NCBI GenBank assembly: GCA_009845995.1
Contig: VXYK01000004.1
Coordinates: 9,705 to 73,704, forward strand
Length of the DNA stretch: 64,000 nucleotides
DNA from: Acidimicrobiaceae bacterium
GTDB lineage: Bacteria > Actinomycetota > Acidimicrobiia > Acidimicrobiales > Aldehydirespiratoraceae
Direction: 5' to 3'
Position numbers and translations under genes: made by a program. Under the pieces are notes generated by a model that was given only the letters and a program-made list of their open reading frames with translations, was not told the origin of the DNA and ran no database searches. Below are positions 9,810 through 19,215 of the stretch, one piece after another; position 1 is the first letter of the stretch, and every line of letters begins with the position of its first letter.

Positions 9810-11084
9810 ATGCACAAGGCGCAGAACCCCCATGATCGCGCCCTCCGCATTGCACTGCTGACCTATCGCGGCAAGCCCCATGTGGGAGGACAAGGGGTCT
9901 ATGTCCGACATTTGAGCAAAGCACTCGTCGACCTCGGGCATCACGTCGAGGTTCTTGGCGGTCCCCCCTATCCAATCCTCGACGAACGTGTGCCGCTCAT
10001 CAAGCTGCCGAGCCTTGACATCTGGTCAGAACCGCACCCCATGCGCAAACCGCGGGTCTGGGAATGGAAGGACTGGACCGACGTCGCCGAGCACGCCTCG
10101 TTCGGCACCGGCAACTTCTCTGAACCCATGGCTTTCAGCCTTCGAGCATGGCGCCATCTGCGCCATCGCCGCCACGAATTCGACCTGATCCACGACAACC
10201 AGACACTGGGCTGGGGCCTGCTCAAACTGCACCAGGAAGGCTGGCCGATCCTCGAAACGATCCACCACCCGATCACGGTCGACCGCAAACTCGAACTCGA
10301 GCACGCCCGCACAGCATGGGAACGATTCGGCAAACGACGCTGGTACTCCTTCACCAAGATGCAGCGTCGAGTCGCCCGACGAATGCCTCGACTGATGACC
10401 GTCTCCGAGTCCTCAAAGAGCGATATCAGCGCCGATTACGGAATCGATCCCGACCGACTTCATGTGGTGCCCGTGGGAGTCGACCCGGACCTGTTCCTGC
10501 CGGTCAGCGGGGTGGAACGCCGCGAAGGCCACTTGGTCACCACCGCATCAGCCGACGTGGCCATGAAGGGACTCAAGTTCCTCCTCGAAGCGGTGGCCAA
10601 GCTGCGCACCGAGCGCCACATCGAACTGACCATCATCGGAAAACGACGACCCGACAGCCATGCCAGCACCGTGATGACCCGCCTGGGCCTTGATGACTGC
10701 GTAGAGTTCGTCTCCGATGTGGCTGACACGCGCATCGTCGAGCTTTACAGCGAAGCGGAGTTGGCCATCGTGCCCTCCCTCTATGAGGGCTTCTCTCTAC
10801 CCGCCATCGAAGCGATGTCGTGCGGAGTTCCACTCGTTGCCACGACCGGAGGAGCACTCCCCGAAGTCGCCGGCACCCACAACGAAACCTGTTTCCTGAC
10901 CGAGCCGGGCAACAGCGAAGCTCTGGCGTCAACCATTCGCGAGGCCCTCGACAACCCCGAACTGCGAGCACAGGTGGGGAGTCAAGGGCGGCAACGAGTC
11001 ATCGACCAGTGGTCCTGGCGCCACACCGCGCAGCGCACCGTCGACCAATACCGGTCAGTGCTCGCGGAACAGGGCACTGTCTGA
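9810..11084 (+). CDS. Glycosyltransferase family 4 (ManT-like candidate mannosyltransferase)
   Basis: GGQGVYVRHLS, HDNQTLG, PSLYEGFSLPAIEAMSCG, GGALPEV. Confidence 0.9.
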   Translation: MHKAQNPHDRALRIALLTYRGKPHVGGQGVYVRHLSKALVDLGHHVEVLGGPPYPILDERVPLIKLPSLDIWSEPHPMRKPRVWEWKDWTDVAEHASFGTGNFSEPMAFSLRAWRHLRHRRHEFDLIHDNQTLGWGLLKLHQEGWPILETIHHPITVDRKLELEHARTAWERFGKRRWYSFTKMQRRVARRMPRLMTVSESSKSDISADYGIDPDRLHVVPVGVDPDLFLPVSGVERREGHLVTTASADVAMKGLKFLLEAVAKLRTERHIELTIIGKRRPDSHASTVMTRLGLDDCVEFVSDVADTRIVELYSEAELAIVPSLYEGFSLPAIEAMSCGVPLVATTGGALPEVAGTHNETCFLTEPGNSEALASTIREALDNPELRAQVGSQGRQRVIDQWSWRHTAQRTVDQYRSVLAEQGTV

Positions 11085-11905
11085 TGCTCACCGTCGACTA
11101 CGACCGATTCGGCCTGCGCGCCGAAGACCGGCTGCTCGACCTCGGCTGTGGTTTCGGCCGTCACACCTATGAAGCACTGGTTCGCGGCGCAGACGTCGTC
11201 AGTTGCGACATGTCTCTGGCGGAACTCGAGTCCATCGGAAACACCGCGCCGCTGCTGATAGACGATGGGCTGTTCGACGCCGAACTCAGCCACACCTTGG
11301 TGCAGGGTGACGGAACCGCTCTGCCTTTCGCTGACGACAGTTTCGACAAGGTCATCGCTTCTGAAGTGCTCGAACACGTGGTCGACGACGATGCCGCCTT
11401 CAGCGAACTCCTCCGGGTTCTCAAACCTGGCGGGGTTTTGGCGGTCACGGTCCCGGCCTGGCTGCCGGAGAAGATCTGCTGGAAGATCAGCTCCGACTAT
11501 CACGCTCCCGCCGCTGTCGGCGGTCATGTTCGGATTTACACCGAGAAAGAAGTTCGCCAGAAATTGCGTGCTGCAGGCTTCAACCCTACGGTCTCTCACC
11601 GCACTCACGCCTTGCACTCCCCGTACTGGTGGCTTCGCTGTGCGGTCGGTGTCAACAACGAGATCGAGGACAATTTTTCTGTGCGGATCTACCACAAGCT
11701 GCTCGAATGGGACATCGTCAAGGCGCCTTGGTTGACGCGCACCGCCGAGAGGATCCTCAACCCGGTACTCGGCAAGAGTCTGGTGGTCTACGCCGACGTT
11801 CCGGTAAACGCGGAGGTCTCCGACACTGCCGAGACACCAGCGGCCGGCGAAGAACTGCTCGTACATCATTCGTCTCCTACCCCAGAGGTTGTTCGTGCTA
11901 CCTGA
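11084..11905 (+). CDS. Class I SAM methyltransferase (MeT1-like candidate)
   Basis: ATG overlaps the GT stop (TGATG); MLTVDYDR.., LLDLGCGFGRH, SEVLEH, GGHVRIY, HALHSPYWWLRC, GKSLVVY. Confidence 0.9.
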   Translation: MLTVDYDRFGLRAEDRLLDLGCGFGRHTYEALVRGADVVSCDMSLAELESIGNTAPLLIDDGLFDAELSHTLVQGDGTALPFADDSFDKVIASEVLEHVVDDDAAFSELLRVLKPGGVLAVTVPAWLPEKICWKISSDYHAPAAVGGHVRIYTEKEVRQKLRAAGFNPTVSHRTHALHSPYWWLRCAVGVNNEIEDNFSVRIYHKLLEWDIVKAPWLTRTAERILNPVLGKSLVVYADVPVNAEVSDTAETPAAGEELLVHHSSPTPEVVRAT

Positions 11906-12980
11906 GATTCGCGGCGTTCTGTCCGCTGACGAGATCCGACAAACCGCCGACCACATCGCCGAGTGGCAGCTCGGCTCGGGAATGATCCCTTGGTTCCCAG
12001 GCGGCCATGCCGACCCATGGAACCACGTCGAAGCGGCAATGGCCCTTGTTGTGGGTGGTCGCCGAAGCGAAGCCGAGGCCGCCTACCAATGGCTGGTCGA
12101 CAGCCAGCGGCCCGACGGTTCCTGGCATCAGTACTATCTGGAGCACGAGGTTGAGCAGGACAAGCTCGACGCCAATGTCATCGCCTACGTTGCCACCGGG
12201 GTTTGGCATCACTATCTGCACTTCCGTGACCTCGGCTACCTGGAGACGATGTGGTCCGTCGTCGAAGATGCCATCGATTTTGTTCTCGACCTCCAGCAGC
12301 CGCGCGGCGAGATTCTCTGGGCACGCCACCCCGACGGGACACCATGGCCCTTCGCGTTGTTGACCGGCTCGTCCTCGATCGCCCACAGCCTTCGCTGTGC
12401 GGTCGCCATCGCCGAGGAACTCCGCCACGAACGCCCCGACTGGGAGCTGTCGGTGGCCCAGTTGGCCCATGCGATCCGCCACGAACGCGACAATGCGTTC
12501 TCGCCCAAACACCGCTGGGCCATGGACTGGTACTACCCGGTGCTTTCCGGGGTGATCAGCGGCGAGGCAGGGAGAGCTCACCTCGCTGAGAGGTTCAACA
12601 CTTTCAATCTCGGCGACGAAGGCATCCGTTGTGTCAGCGATCGCCCTTGGGTCACGACCGCGGAGACCTGCGAGTGCGCCATCGCCCACCTCGGCGTCGG
12701 CGACTATGCCACGGCCATTCGCCTTTTCAGCGCCGCGCAGAAGCTTCGAGAACCGGACGGTCGCTACATCACCGGCATGGTTCATTCCGAACTCACCATG
12801 TTCCCGCCCGGTGAGCGCTCCACCTACTCTGCGGCCGCCGTGTTGCTGGCCGCGGAGGCGATCGAAGGTTCGAGCCCCGCGTCGAAACTGTTCGCCGATC
12901 ACGAATTCCTGTCACCGATCATCGACATCGATCCGGTGGACTCCGGCGTAACCAACCCGACCCGACCTGACCGGGGTTAA
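11889..12980 (+). CDS. Prenyltransferase/squalene-oxidase-repeat-like (alpha/alpha)-barrel protein (MmpH-like candidate glycoside hydrolase)
   Basis: GMIPWFPGGHADPWNHVEAAMAL, QRPDGSW, LLTGSSS, AMDWYYPVL, GIRCVSDRPWVTTAETCE; overlaps the upstream MT gene. Confidence 0.8.
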   Translation: MFVLPEIRGVLSADEIRQTADHIAEWQLGSGMIPWFPGGHADPWNHVEAAMALVVGGRRSEAEAAYQWLVDSQRPDGSWHQYYLEHEVEQDKLDANVIAYVATGVWHHYLHFRDLGYLETMWSVVEDAIDFVLDLQQPRGEILWARHPDGTPWPFALLTGSSSIAHSLRCAVAIAEELRHERPDWELSVAQLAHAIRHERDNAFSPKHRWAMDWYYPVLSGVISGEAGRAHLAERFNTFNLGDEGIRCVSDRPWVTTAETCECAIAHLGVGDYATAIRLFSAAQKLREPDGRYITGMVHSELTMFPPGERSTYSAAAVLLAAEAIEGSSPASKLFADHEFLSPIIDIDPVDSGVTNPTRPDRG

Positions 12981-13603
12981 TCGGGTCTCGTTCGGTGCAT
13001 CACACGCAGCGAGCCAGTGGCACTGGACTCCTCGAAGGTGCCTGAATCCATCGCTCGGCAGTAGATATCGTATGGAGGTCGACCGCCGTCAGCCGGATTC
13101 GGGAACACGTCGTGGATCAGCAGCGTGCCGCCGACAACAACGTGGGGCACCCAGGTCTCATAGTCGCGGTGTGCTGGTTCGTGACCGTGTCCGCCGTCGA
13201 TGAAGAGCAGCGCGAGGGGGGTGGTCCACACCGACCCGACCGTTGGTGAGTCTCCCACCAGCGCCACCACCGTCGGTTCCAGGCCGGAATCATGGATTGT
13301 GCGGCGGAAGGTTCCGAGGGTGTCGATCTTGTTGGTCTCGGGGTCTACCAGGTCCGGGTCATGGTGCTCCCAACCCGCCTGGTTCTCCTCAGACCCGCGG
13401 TGGTGGTCCAGAGCAAACAGGACACGACCGCGCTCGCTCGCTGCCGCACCGAGGTAGACCGCTGATTTGCCGCAGTAGCTGCCGACTTCAAGGAACGGTC
13501 CGTCCGCGGCAACCGCCATGGCAGCCTCGTAGAGGGCCATGCCCTCGTCGGGGGGCATGAAACCGCGCGCAGCCAGCGCGTGCTCAAGCAGTTCCGGGTC
13601 CAC
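12977..13603 (-). CDS. Class I SAM methyltransferase, Methyltransf_24 type (candidate sugar O-methyltransferase)
   Basis: GFMPPDEG, LEVGSYCGKS, DHHRGSEE, LFIDGGH, IHDVFP..DGG; convergent stop overlap with the previous gene. Confidence 0.9.
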   Translation of the reverse strand: MDPELLEHALAARGFMPPDEGMALYEAAMAVAADGPFLEVGSYCGKSAVYLGAAASERGRVLFALDHHRGSEENQAGWEHHDPDLVDPETNKIDTLGTFRRTIHDSGLEPTVVALVGDSPTVGSVWTTPLALLFIDGGHGHEPAHRDYETWVPHVVVGGTLLIHDVFPNPADGGRPPYDIYCRAMDSGTFEESSATGSLRVMHRTRPD

Positions 13604-14062
13604 TCAAAGGACCTCGACGACTGACTCGTCGCCGGCTTTGGGCCACAACAGACCATCCAGCACCAGGTATTTCGCCACCCAGACCACACCGTAAGCGACC
13701 ACTGTGCTCAGCATCAGAACAGGTGTGTTGTCGGTGATCATCCCGAGCAGTGCGATGGTCCCAGTTGAAAGGGTGAGACCCACGAAAGCGATAATCCAGA
13801 ACGGCAGGATCTCGGATTTCACGCTGTTGGCGCCCAGTTGCTGCCATACCCAGTAACGGCTCAGCAGATATGCGGGACCCGTGCTGACCATCCAAGCGGT
13901 CAGGTTGGCGATCGCCGGAGTCAGATCCAGCGCTTCGAGGGCATAAGCGAGGGTGCTGAGCCCCACCACCACGTTGACCGCCGAAACTGCGCAATAGCGA
14001 AGCGCCTTGCGCCAATGCTCGCGCACAGCTTCTGCGATCACCGCTTGGTTGATGACGGGCAT
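13604..14062 (-). CDS. GtrA-family small membrane protein
   Basis: Four TM segments; LRYCAVS, AYLLSRYWVW, KYLVLD pattern; start approximate. Confidence 0.78.
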   Translation of the reverse strand: MPVINQAVIAEAVREHWRKALRYCAVSAVNVVVGLSTLAYALEALDLTPAIANLTAWMVSTGPAYLLSRYWVWQQLGANSVKSEILPFWIIAFVGLTLSTGTIALLGMITDNTPVLMLSTVVAYGVVWVAKYLVLDGLLWPKAGDESVVEVL

Positions 14063-14136
14063 GGCTTTGCAGGATACTCGCATCGATTCGATCGCGTTCG
14101 CGCCGATATCTGTCGATATCCGAGCAAGATAGGGAC

Positions 14137-15012
14137 ATGCAGGATGACGTTGATGCACTTGTGCAGCTTCTTGATCTCGAAGTAATCGAGGTCAATGTCT
14201 TTCGCGGGGTGTCGCCAGACGAGAACCGCCAGCGAATCTTCGGCGGTCAGGTCGCCGGGCAAGCGCTGGTCGCGGCGGCTCGTACGGTTGAGCCTGATCG
14301 TGTCGTCCACTCGCTGCACGCATATTTTCTACGCCCTGGCGACCCGACCGTGCCGGTGCTGTACGAAGTCGATCGGATACGCGACGGCAGAAGCTTCACC
14401 ACTCGACGGGTGGTGGCCATTCAGCACGGTCGAGCCATCTTCAACTTGCAGGCTTCGTTTCAGATCGTTGAACCAGGTCTGGAGTTCGCAAGTCCCATGC
14501 CCGACGTGGTGCCTGCCGATTCCCTGCCCACACGAGCGGAGCGTTACCAAGCCCAGGGCATACCGGACCCGTTCGCCGGTGTCGGCCGCCCTGTCGACAT
14601 TCGCTATGTCACCGCCAGTCCCTTCCATCGCAACGAACCTCTTCCACCGGTGCAACAGGTCTGGTTTCGAGCTGATGGCCGCCTGCCCGACGATCAGGTG
14701 CTCCATACCTGTCTGTTGACATACGCGTCCGACATGACCCTGCTCGACACGACCCTGCTTCCTCACGGAACCAACTCCGAAGTCGGCGACATACAACTGG
14801 CGAGCCTTGATCACGCCATGTGGTTCCACGGAGAGTTCCGAGCAGACGAATGGCTGCTGTACGACCAGTACACGCCGGCGTCAAATGGAGCGAGGGGGCT
14901 CGCCATTGGGCGAGTGTTCACCCATGACGGCCGTTTGATCGCCAACGTTGTGCAGGAAGGGCTTATCCGCCAGATATCTCGCCAGAGAACAACCAAGCGC
15001 TCAAGCAGCTAG
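14137..15012 (+). CDS. tesB: Acyl-CoA thioesterase II
   Basis: IFGGQVAGQAL, HSLHAYFLRPG, RDGRSFTTRRV, YASD, ASLDHAMWFH, VQEG. Confidence 0.96.
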   Translation: MQDDVDALVQLLDLEVIEVNVFRGVSPDENRQRIFGGQVAGQALVAAARTVEPDRVVHSLHAYFLRPGDPTVPVLYEVDRIRDGRSFTTRRVVAIQHGRAIFNLQASFQIVEPGLEFASPMPDVVPADSLPTRAERYQAQGIPDPFAGVGRPVDIRYVTASPFHRNEPLPPVQQVWFRADGRLPDDQVLHTCLLTYASDMTLLDTTLLPHGTNSEVGDIQLASLDHAMWFHGEFRADEWLLYDQYTPASNGARGLAIGRVFTHDGRLIANVVQEGLIRQISRQRTTKRSSS

Positions 15013-15072
15013 AGAGCCGCGATAGAGCGCAAAGGCCTACGCTTCTAGCTGTGGCGCAACGGAGGTCGTGTC

Positions 15073-15501
15073 GTGGTTGAGATCTACGAAGCAACCGAGG
15101 TAACCGAGGAACTTGTTGAGGCGATGGGCCGCCTTGTGCCGCAACTCTCGAGATCCAACCCGCCGCCGTCGGCCGCGGCCTTGGGGGAGATCGTCGACTC
15201 CGATGCCGCGACTCTGCTGATCGCCCGCGACCACAGCGGCATCGTCGGCACCCTCACTCTCGTGCTCTTTCGCATCCCGACCGGGATCCGGACCTGGATC
15301 GAGGATGTCATTGTCGACGAAGGCACCCGTGGCTCCGGTGTCGGACGCAGTCTGAACGAAGCAGCGATCGAACGCGCTCTCGCCGCCGGAGCCGTTTCTG
15401 TCGATCTGACCTCTCGACCTTCAAGGGAAGAAGCCAACCGCCTTTACCAGAGGATGGGATTCTCGAAGCGCGAAACCAACGTCTATCGTTTCAGCCCGTA
15501 G
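15073..15501 (+). CDS. GNAT family N-acetyltransferase
   Basis: IEDVIVDE..RGSGVG, LTSRPSREEANRLYQRMGF. Confidence 0.9.
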   Translation: MVEIYEATEVTEELVEAMGRLVPQLSRSNPPPSAAALGEIVDSDAATLLIARDHSGIVGTLTLVLFRIPTGIRTWIEDVIVDEGTRGSGVGRSLNEAAIERALAAGAVSVDLTSRPSREEANRLYQRMGFSKRETNVYRFSP

Positions 15502-15543
15502 CAGCGCGCCCATCAATAACTCAGATATCGCAATCTCTCAGAT

Positions 15544-16449
15544 ATGGTCTATGGCGTGGCGAGTTCCGCTAGTTCCCCTGCCCATATCAACTGGTTGACC
15601 AACCTTCCGAAACTCAGGTCACCGGTGCTGATCACAGCTTTCGAAGGCTGGAATGACGCAGGCGACGCTGCCTCGATTGCCGCACGTCACTTCGCCGACA
15701 GATGGAAGGGCACGGCCCTTGCCGAGATCGACGCCGAACACTTCTACGACTTCACGACGAGCCGTCCACTGGTACGGCTCGACCAAGAGCGTCGGCGCTC
15801 TTTGACCTCGCCAACCAACCTTTTCCGTTCCTGTGTCGTCCGCGACGGCGAACAGGACGTCGTGGTTTTGCTGGGACTCGAACCCCAATTGCGCTGGCGC
15901 ACGTTCTGCAACCAGGTCATCGAAACGGCCCGGATGCTTGAGGTCAGCCAAGTCATCACCCTTGGAGCGCTGCTGGCCGACGTTCCCCACAGTCGCCCGG
16001 TCGAGGTCTACGGCGCGAGCGACGACGAGAAGATCCGAGCCAGGCTCGATCTGGCCCCGTCGAGCTACGAAGGGCCGACAGGGATCGTCGGCGTGCTCGC
16101 CACCCAGTGCCGTGAAGCAGGGCTGCCCACTGCTTCATTGTGGTCGGCGGTTCCGAGTTACGTTCCGGGAGCACCGTCTCCCAAAGCAGGACTCGCTCTG
16201 GTGCAACGGGTATCGGAGTTGCTCGGCACATCGGTGTTCGCAACCGATTTGGAAATCGCCGCAGCAACTTATGAACACCAGGTCAACGAACTGGTGGCCG
16301 AAGACGAAGAAACCGCCAGTTACGTCGCCGACCTTGAGGAGGCCTGGGACGGCAACGTTCCATTCGACACCGACGCTGACCCGGATCTAAGTGACGACCC
16401 CGAGACTCTCCTAGCAGAAGTCGAACAGTTCCTACGCGACAACGACTGA
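15544..16449 (+). CDS. PAC2 (proteasome assembly chaperone) family protein
   Basis: AFEGWNDAGDAAS, FYDFTTSRP, LGALLADVPHSRP, SYEGPTGIVGVL, EVEQFLR. Confidence 0.9.
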   Translation: MVYGVASSASSPAHINWLTNLPKLRSPVLITAFEGWNDAGDAASIAARHFADRWKGTALAEIDAEHFYDFTTSRPLVRLDQERRRSLTSPTNLFRSCVVRDGEQDVVVLLGLEPQLRWRTFCNQVIETARMLEVSQVITLGALLADVPHSRPVEVYGASDDEKIRARLDLAPSSYEGPTGIVGVLATQCREAGLPTASLWSAVPSYVPGAPSPKAGLALVQRVSELLGTSVFATDLEIAAATYEHQVNELVAEDEETASYVADLEEAWDGNVPFDTDADPDLSDDPETLLAEVEQFLRDND

Positions 16450-16452
16450 CCC

Positions 16453-17169
16453 GTGCGACTGCTTGTTCTTCAGCACATTGATTGTGAACATCCAGGTCAG
16501 CTGAGGGAATTTCTGCGGGCCGACGGGATCGACCGGACCGCGGTGGAACTTGACGAAGGCGAACCGATCCCTCCGCTCGAGGATTACGACGCACTCTGGG
16601 TGATGGGTGGACCGATGGATGTGTGGGATGTCGAGGAACACCCTTGGTTGATCCCCGAAAAGCAGGTGATTCGCCACTGGGTGCGGGAACTCGAGCGTCC
16701 TTTCTTGGGGGTTTGCCTGGGCCATCAGCTCTTGGCCGACGCCCTGGGGGGAACGTGTGGTCTGCAGAGGCCACCCGAAATCGGGGTGCTCCCCGTTGAT
16801 CTCACACCCGAAGGCCGCGCTGATCCGATCTTTGCAGAGATGGCTGACCGCCAATACGCGCTGCAATGGCACTCGGTGTGCGTAACGGAACCGCCCGACG
16901 GAGCTGTCGTACTGGCCAGTTCACCGGAGTGCCAGGTGCAGGCAATGCGCGTCGGGCCTCGCGCCTGGTCGATGCAGTACCACGTCGAAGTGGAACCCGA
17001 CACCGTTCGCAACTGGGGTGAGATCGAGGCTTATCGCGATGCGCTCGAATCGACCCTCGGCCCCGGTTCCCTCGACGCGCTAGCAGACGAGGCCGATCGT
17101 CACATCGATGGTTTCGTGGCAGACGCCGAGCAGCTCTACCGAAACTTCATGGCCGCTGCCGTCAGCTAG
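16453..17169 (+). CDS. Type 1 glutamine amidotransferase-like protein
   Basis: VMGGPM, LGVCLGHQLLA, QWH, QYHVE triad motifs. Confidence 0.9.
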   Translation: MRLLVLQHIDCEHPGQLREFLRADGIDRTAVELDEGEPIPPLEDYDALWVMGGPMDVWDVEEHPWLIPEKQVIRHWVRELERPFLGVCLGHQLLADALGGTCGLQRPPEIGVLPVDLTPEGRADPIFAEMADRQYALQWHSVCVTEPPDGAVVLASSPECQVQAMRVGPRAWSMQYHVEVEPDTVRNWGEIEAYRDALESTLGPGSLDALADEADRHIDGFVADAEQLYRNFMAAAVS

Positions 17170-17188
17170 GCGCGCTGTCAGCTAGGCG
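17161..17188. repeat. 12-bp direct repeat GTCAGCTAGGCG x2 spanning both convergent stop codons
   Basis: Copies at 17161-17172 and 17177-17188. Confidence 0.8.
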
Positions 17189-17622
17189 ACGGCGCAGCAG
17201 GACGACGAATCGTCGCTGTCAACGGCGACAGGGTTTGCTACCACGATGTTGTCGCGTACCTCGTTGTCACCCGACTTGACATACCACTCCCACTCGACGC
17301 CTGCGGGGTCGGTGACCCAGGTCTCGGTCTTGTCGGCGAAGCAGCACATGGTCTCGTCAACACCTGTGGTGCGCAGCCCGGAAGCGGCAAGGCGCCGTTG
17401 CGCCGAGAAGACTTCCTCCTCCGTCTCGGTTTCGACGCCGAGGTGGTTGATCGTTCCGCCCTCACCGACGGTTTCGAAGAGAACGAGCTTCAACGGTGGT
17501 TCGTCGATAGCAAAGTTGGCGTAACCGTCCCGTCGCTTGGCGGGTTCGGTCCCAAACAACCGCGAGTAGAAGTCGACTGCTTCATCGATGTCGTCCACGT
17601 TCAGTGCCAGTTGTAGTCGCAT
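17182..17622 (-). CDS. ArsI/CadI family VOC metalloenzyme
   Basis: MRLQLALNV, GYANFAI..PPLKLVL.E, NHLG, CCFA, WVTDP.G.EWE.Y, C-terminal CC. Confidence 0.9.
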   Translation of the reverse strand: MRLQLALNVDDIDEAVDFYSRLFGTEPAKRRDGYANFAIDEPPLKLVLFETVGEGGTINHLGVETETEEEVFSAQRRLAASGLRTTGVDETMCCFADKTETWVTDPAGVEWEWYVKSGDNEVRDNIVVANPVAVDSDDSSSCCAVA

Positions 17623-17669
17623 AGATTCAGCGTACCGTCTCGCACTTGCGTGCACCGATAGGACAGTCG

Positions 17670-18068
17670 TCACCCGCGCAGGACACGGATATGGCAGCGG
17701 GCGCCAGACGCCCGGGCCAGTCGCGCATCGCAAGTCACCAATTCGCAGTCGAGGGCCTCGGCCAAAGCAACATACACGGCGTCGTAAGCGGTGATGTTGG
17801 ATCGCAACTCGTAGGCGCGGCGCAGGAACAGCGAGGTGGGATAGCGACGGAAGGGAAGCCCAGCGAGGATGTCGATTGCGGTTGAGAATCGGTCGTCGGT
17901 GATGGTCTGGGCCATCCATCTCTTGCGCAATACGGCCGCCGTTTCAACATCGGCCAAGTCCGGGACAGCGGCTTCGCCCGCTTGCGAAAGGGCGTTTCGA
18001 GCCTCTGCGCCATCAAGACCGTCGTCGGCGAGGGAGTTGGAGAGCACAGATGCGTCGACAACGATCAA
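17670..18068 (-). CDS. vapC: VapC-family PIN domain toxin
   Basis: MIVVDAS, NITAYDAVYVALAEAL...LVTCDARLA; overlaps the antitoxin by 4 nt. Confidence 0.93.
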   Translation of the reverse strand: MIVVDASVLSNSLADDGLDGAEARNALSQAGEAAVPDLADVETAAVLRKRWMAQTITDDRFSTAIDILAGLPFRRYPTSLFLRRAYELRSNITAYDAVYVALAEALDCELVTCDARLARASGARCHIRVLRG

Positions 18069-18295
18069 CGCTCGCCCCGAACCTCTTCGAGGTCATCCAC
18101 CGCCTGTTCGAACCCAACGGTTCCGCCCGACATCCGCTCGATTCGTTCAATGACCTCATCGAGAGTCGGGGCTTGCGCAAGGCGGGTGAGTTCGGTCGTC
18201 AGGTAGTGCTGCAGAGACACACCGGTGGCTTGTGCTCGTTCGACGAGTTTCCGGTGGATCTCTTCTGGCACATCTCGGATCAAGATGTTCGTCAT
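18065..18295 (-). CDS. vapB: FitA-like ribbon-helix-helix antitoxin (VapB)
   Basis: ILIRDVPEEIHRKLVERAQATGVSLQHYL; directly upstream of the PIN toxin. Confidence 0.88.
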   Translation of the reverse strand: MTNILIRDVPEEIHRKLVERAQATGVSLQHYLTTELTRLAQAPTLDEVIERIERMSGGTVGFEQAVDDLEEVRGER

Positions 18296-18357
18296 GCTTG
18301 CATTATGCAAGCACAGCTTCCGCTTCGCAACAGGAAACGCTCAGGCAATAGGGCCGA

Positions 18358-19176
18358 TCATACGGCTAGGTGGGAGTCGATCCAGGCGATCACTTCGTCG
18401 ATGACTTCGGGGCCGCTGGGTTCATTGAACACCTCGTGGCGAAGCTCCGGATAGACGATCCGCGTGACGTTGGGAAGCGTCTCGAAGATCTCCGAAGCCT
18501 CCGTCGGCACCAAACGATCATCGCCGCCATGAACGACCAACGTCGGCATCGTCACGCGCTCAATGTTGTCTCGTGCCGCGGAGATGGCACGCATGATCTC
18601 ATGGCCCATCCGTGCCGTCGGGTTGGGGACCCGCAGCGGGTCGGCGTAGAAAGTCTCTCCGACTCTTGGATCGGACGACAGCAGCGACGGATCGCCTTCG
18701 TCCTTTATCTCCATCAGCGGCATCAAGCGGCCCACTATCGGAGCCGCTAGTCGCAAGTGACGCGGGATCTCGGCTCCGAGCGCAGGACCTGAGAGCACCA
18801 GGAGATCCGGCTGTGGTCGTTCGTCGACGACATAACGGGTAGCCATCAACCCGCCAAGCGAATGGCCTAAGAGAACCGTCGGCAAACCAAGTTTGCGAAC
18901 CTCGAACAGCTGGTCTTGCACATCATCGGAGAACTGCGACCAAGAATCACAATGACCCCGATGACCTCCGCTGCGACCGTAGCCGCGATGATCGATAGCA
19001 ACCGTGTCGAAACCAGCGGCGGCGAAACGATCTCCCACATGCCCATAACGCCCGCTGTGTTCCGCTATCCCGTGCAGCAACAGAACCGCGGCCCGCGCCG
19101 GACCGGCAGGCTGCCAACGGCGGCGCATTTGAATCAGGCCATCGCGGGTAGTCCCGTGATCAACGGTGGAACGCAC
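18358..19176 (-). CDS. Alpha/beta hydrolase, lysophospholipase/monoglyceride lipase type
   Basis: HGIAEHSGRY, DHRGYGRS, GHSLGG, HGGDD, RHEVFNEP. Confidence 0.92.
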   Translation of the reverse strand: MRSTVDHGTTRDGLIQMRRRWQPAGPARAAVLLLHGIAEHSGRYGHVGDRFAAAGFDTVAIDHRGYGRSGGHRGHCDSWSQFSDDVQDQLFEVRKLGLPTVLLGHSLGGLMATRYVVDERPQPDLLVLSGPALGAEIPRHLRLAAPIVGRLMPLMEIKDEGDPSLLSSDPRVGETFYADPLRVPNPTARMGHEIMRAISAARDNIERVTMPTLVVHGGDDRLVPTEASEIFETLPNVTRIVYPELRHEVFNEPSGPEVIDEVIAWIDSHLAV

Positions 19177-19215
19177 AAGACCTCACAGTGCTTGTTTCAG
19201 GGTTTATTTCAGGGC

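Noticed and set aside
11889-12980. Squalene-hopene cyclase / terpene cluster interpretation
   Set aside because: Only 363 aa, no DXDD motif, and the context is glycosyl- and methyltransferases
17623-17919. N-terminal extension of the ArsI/CadI ORF
   Set aside because: Overlaps vapC in another frame; the family begins at MRLQLALNV (17622)
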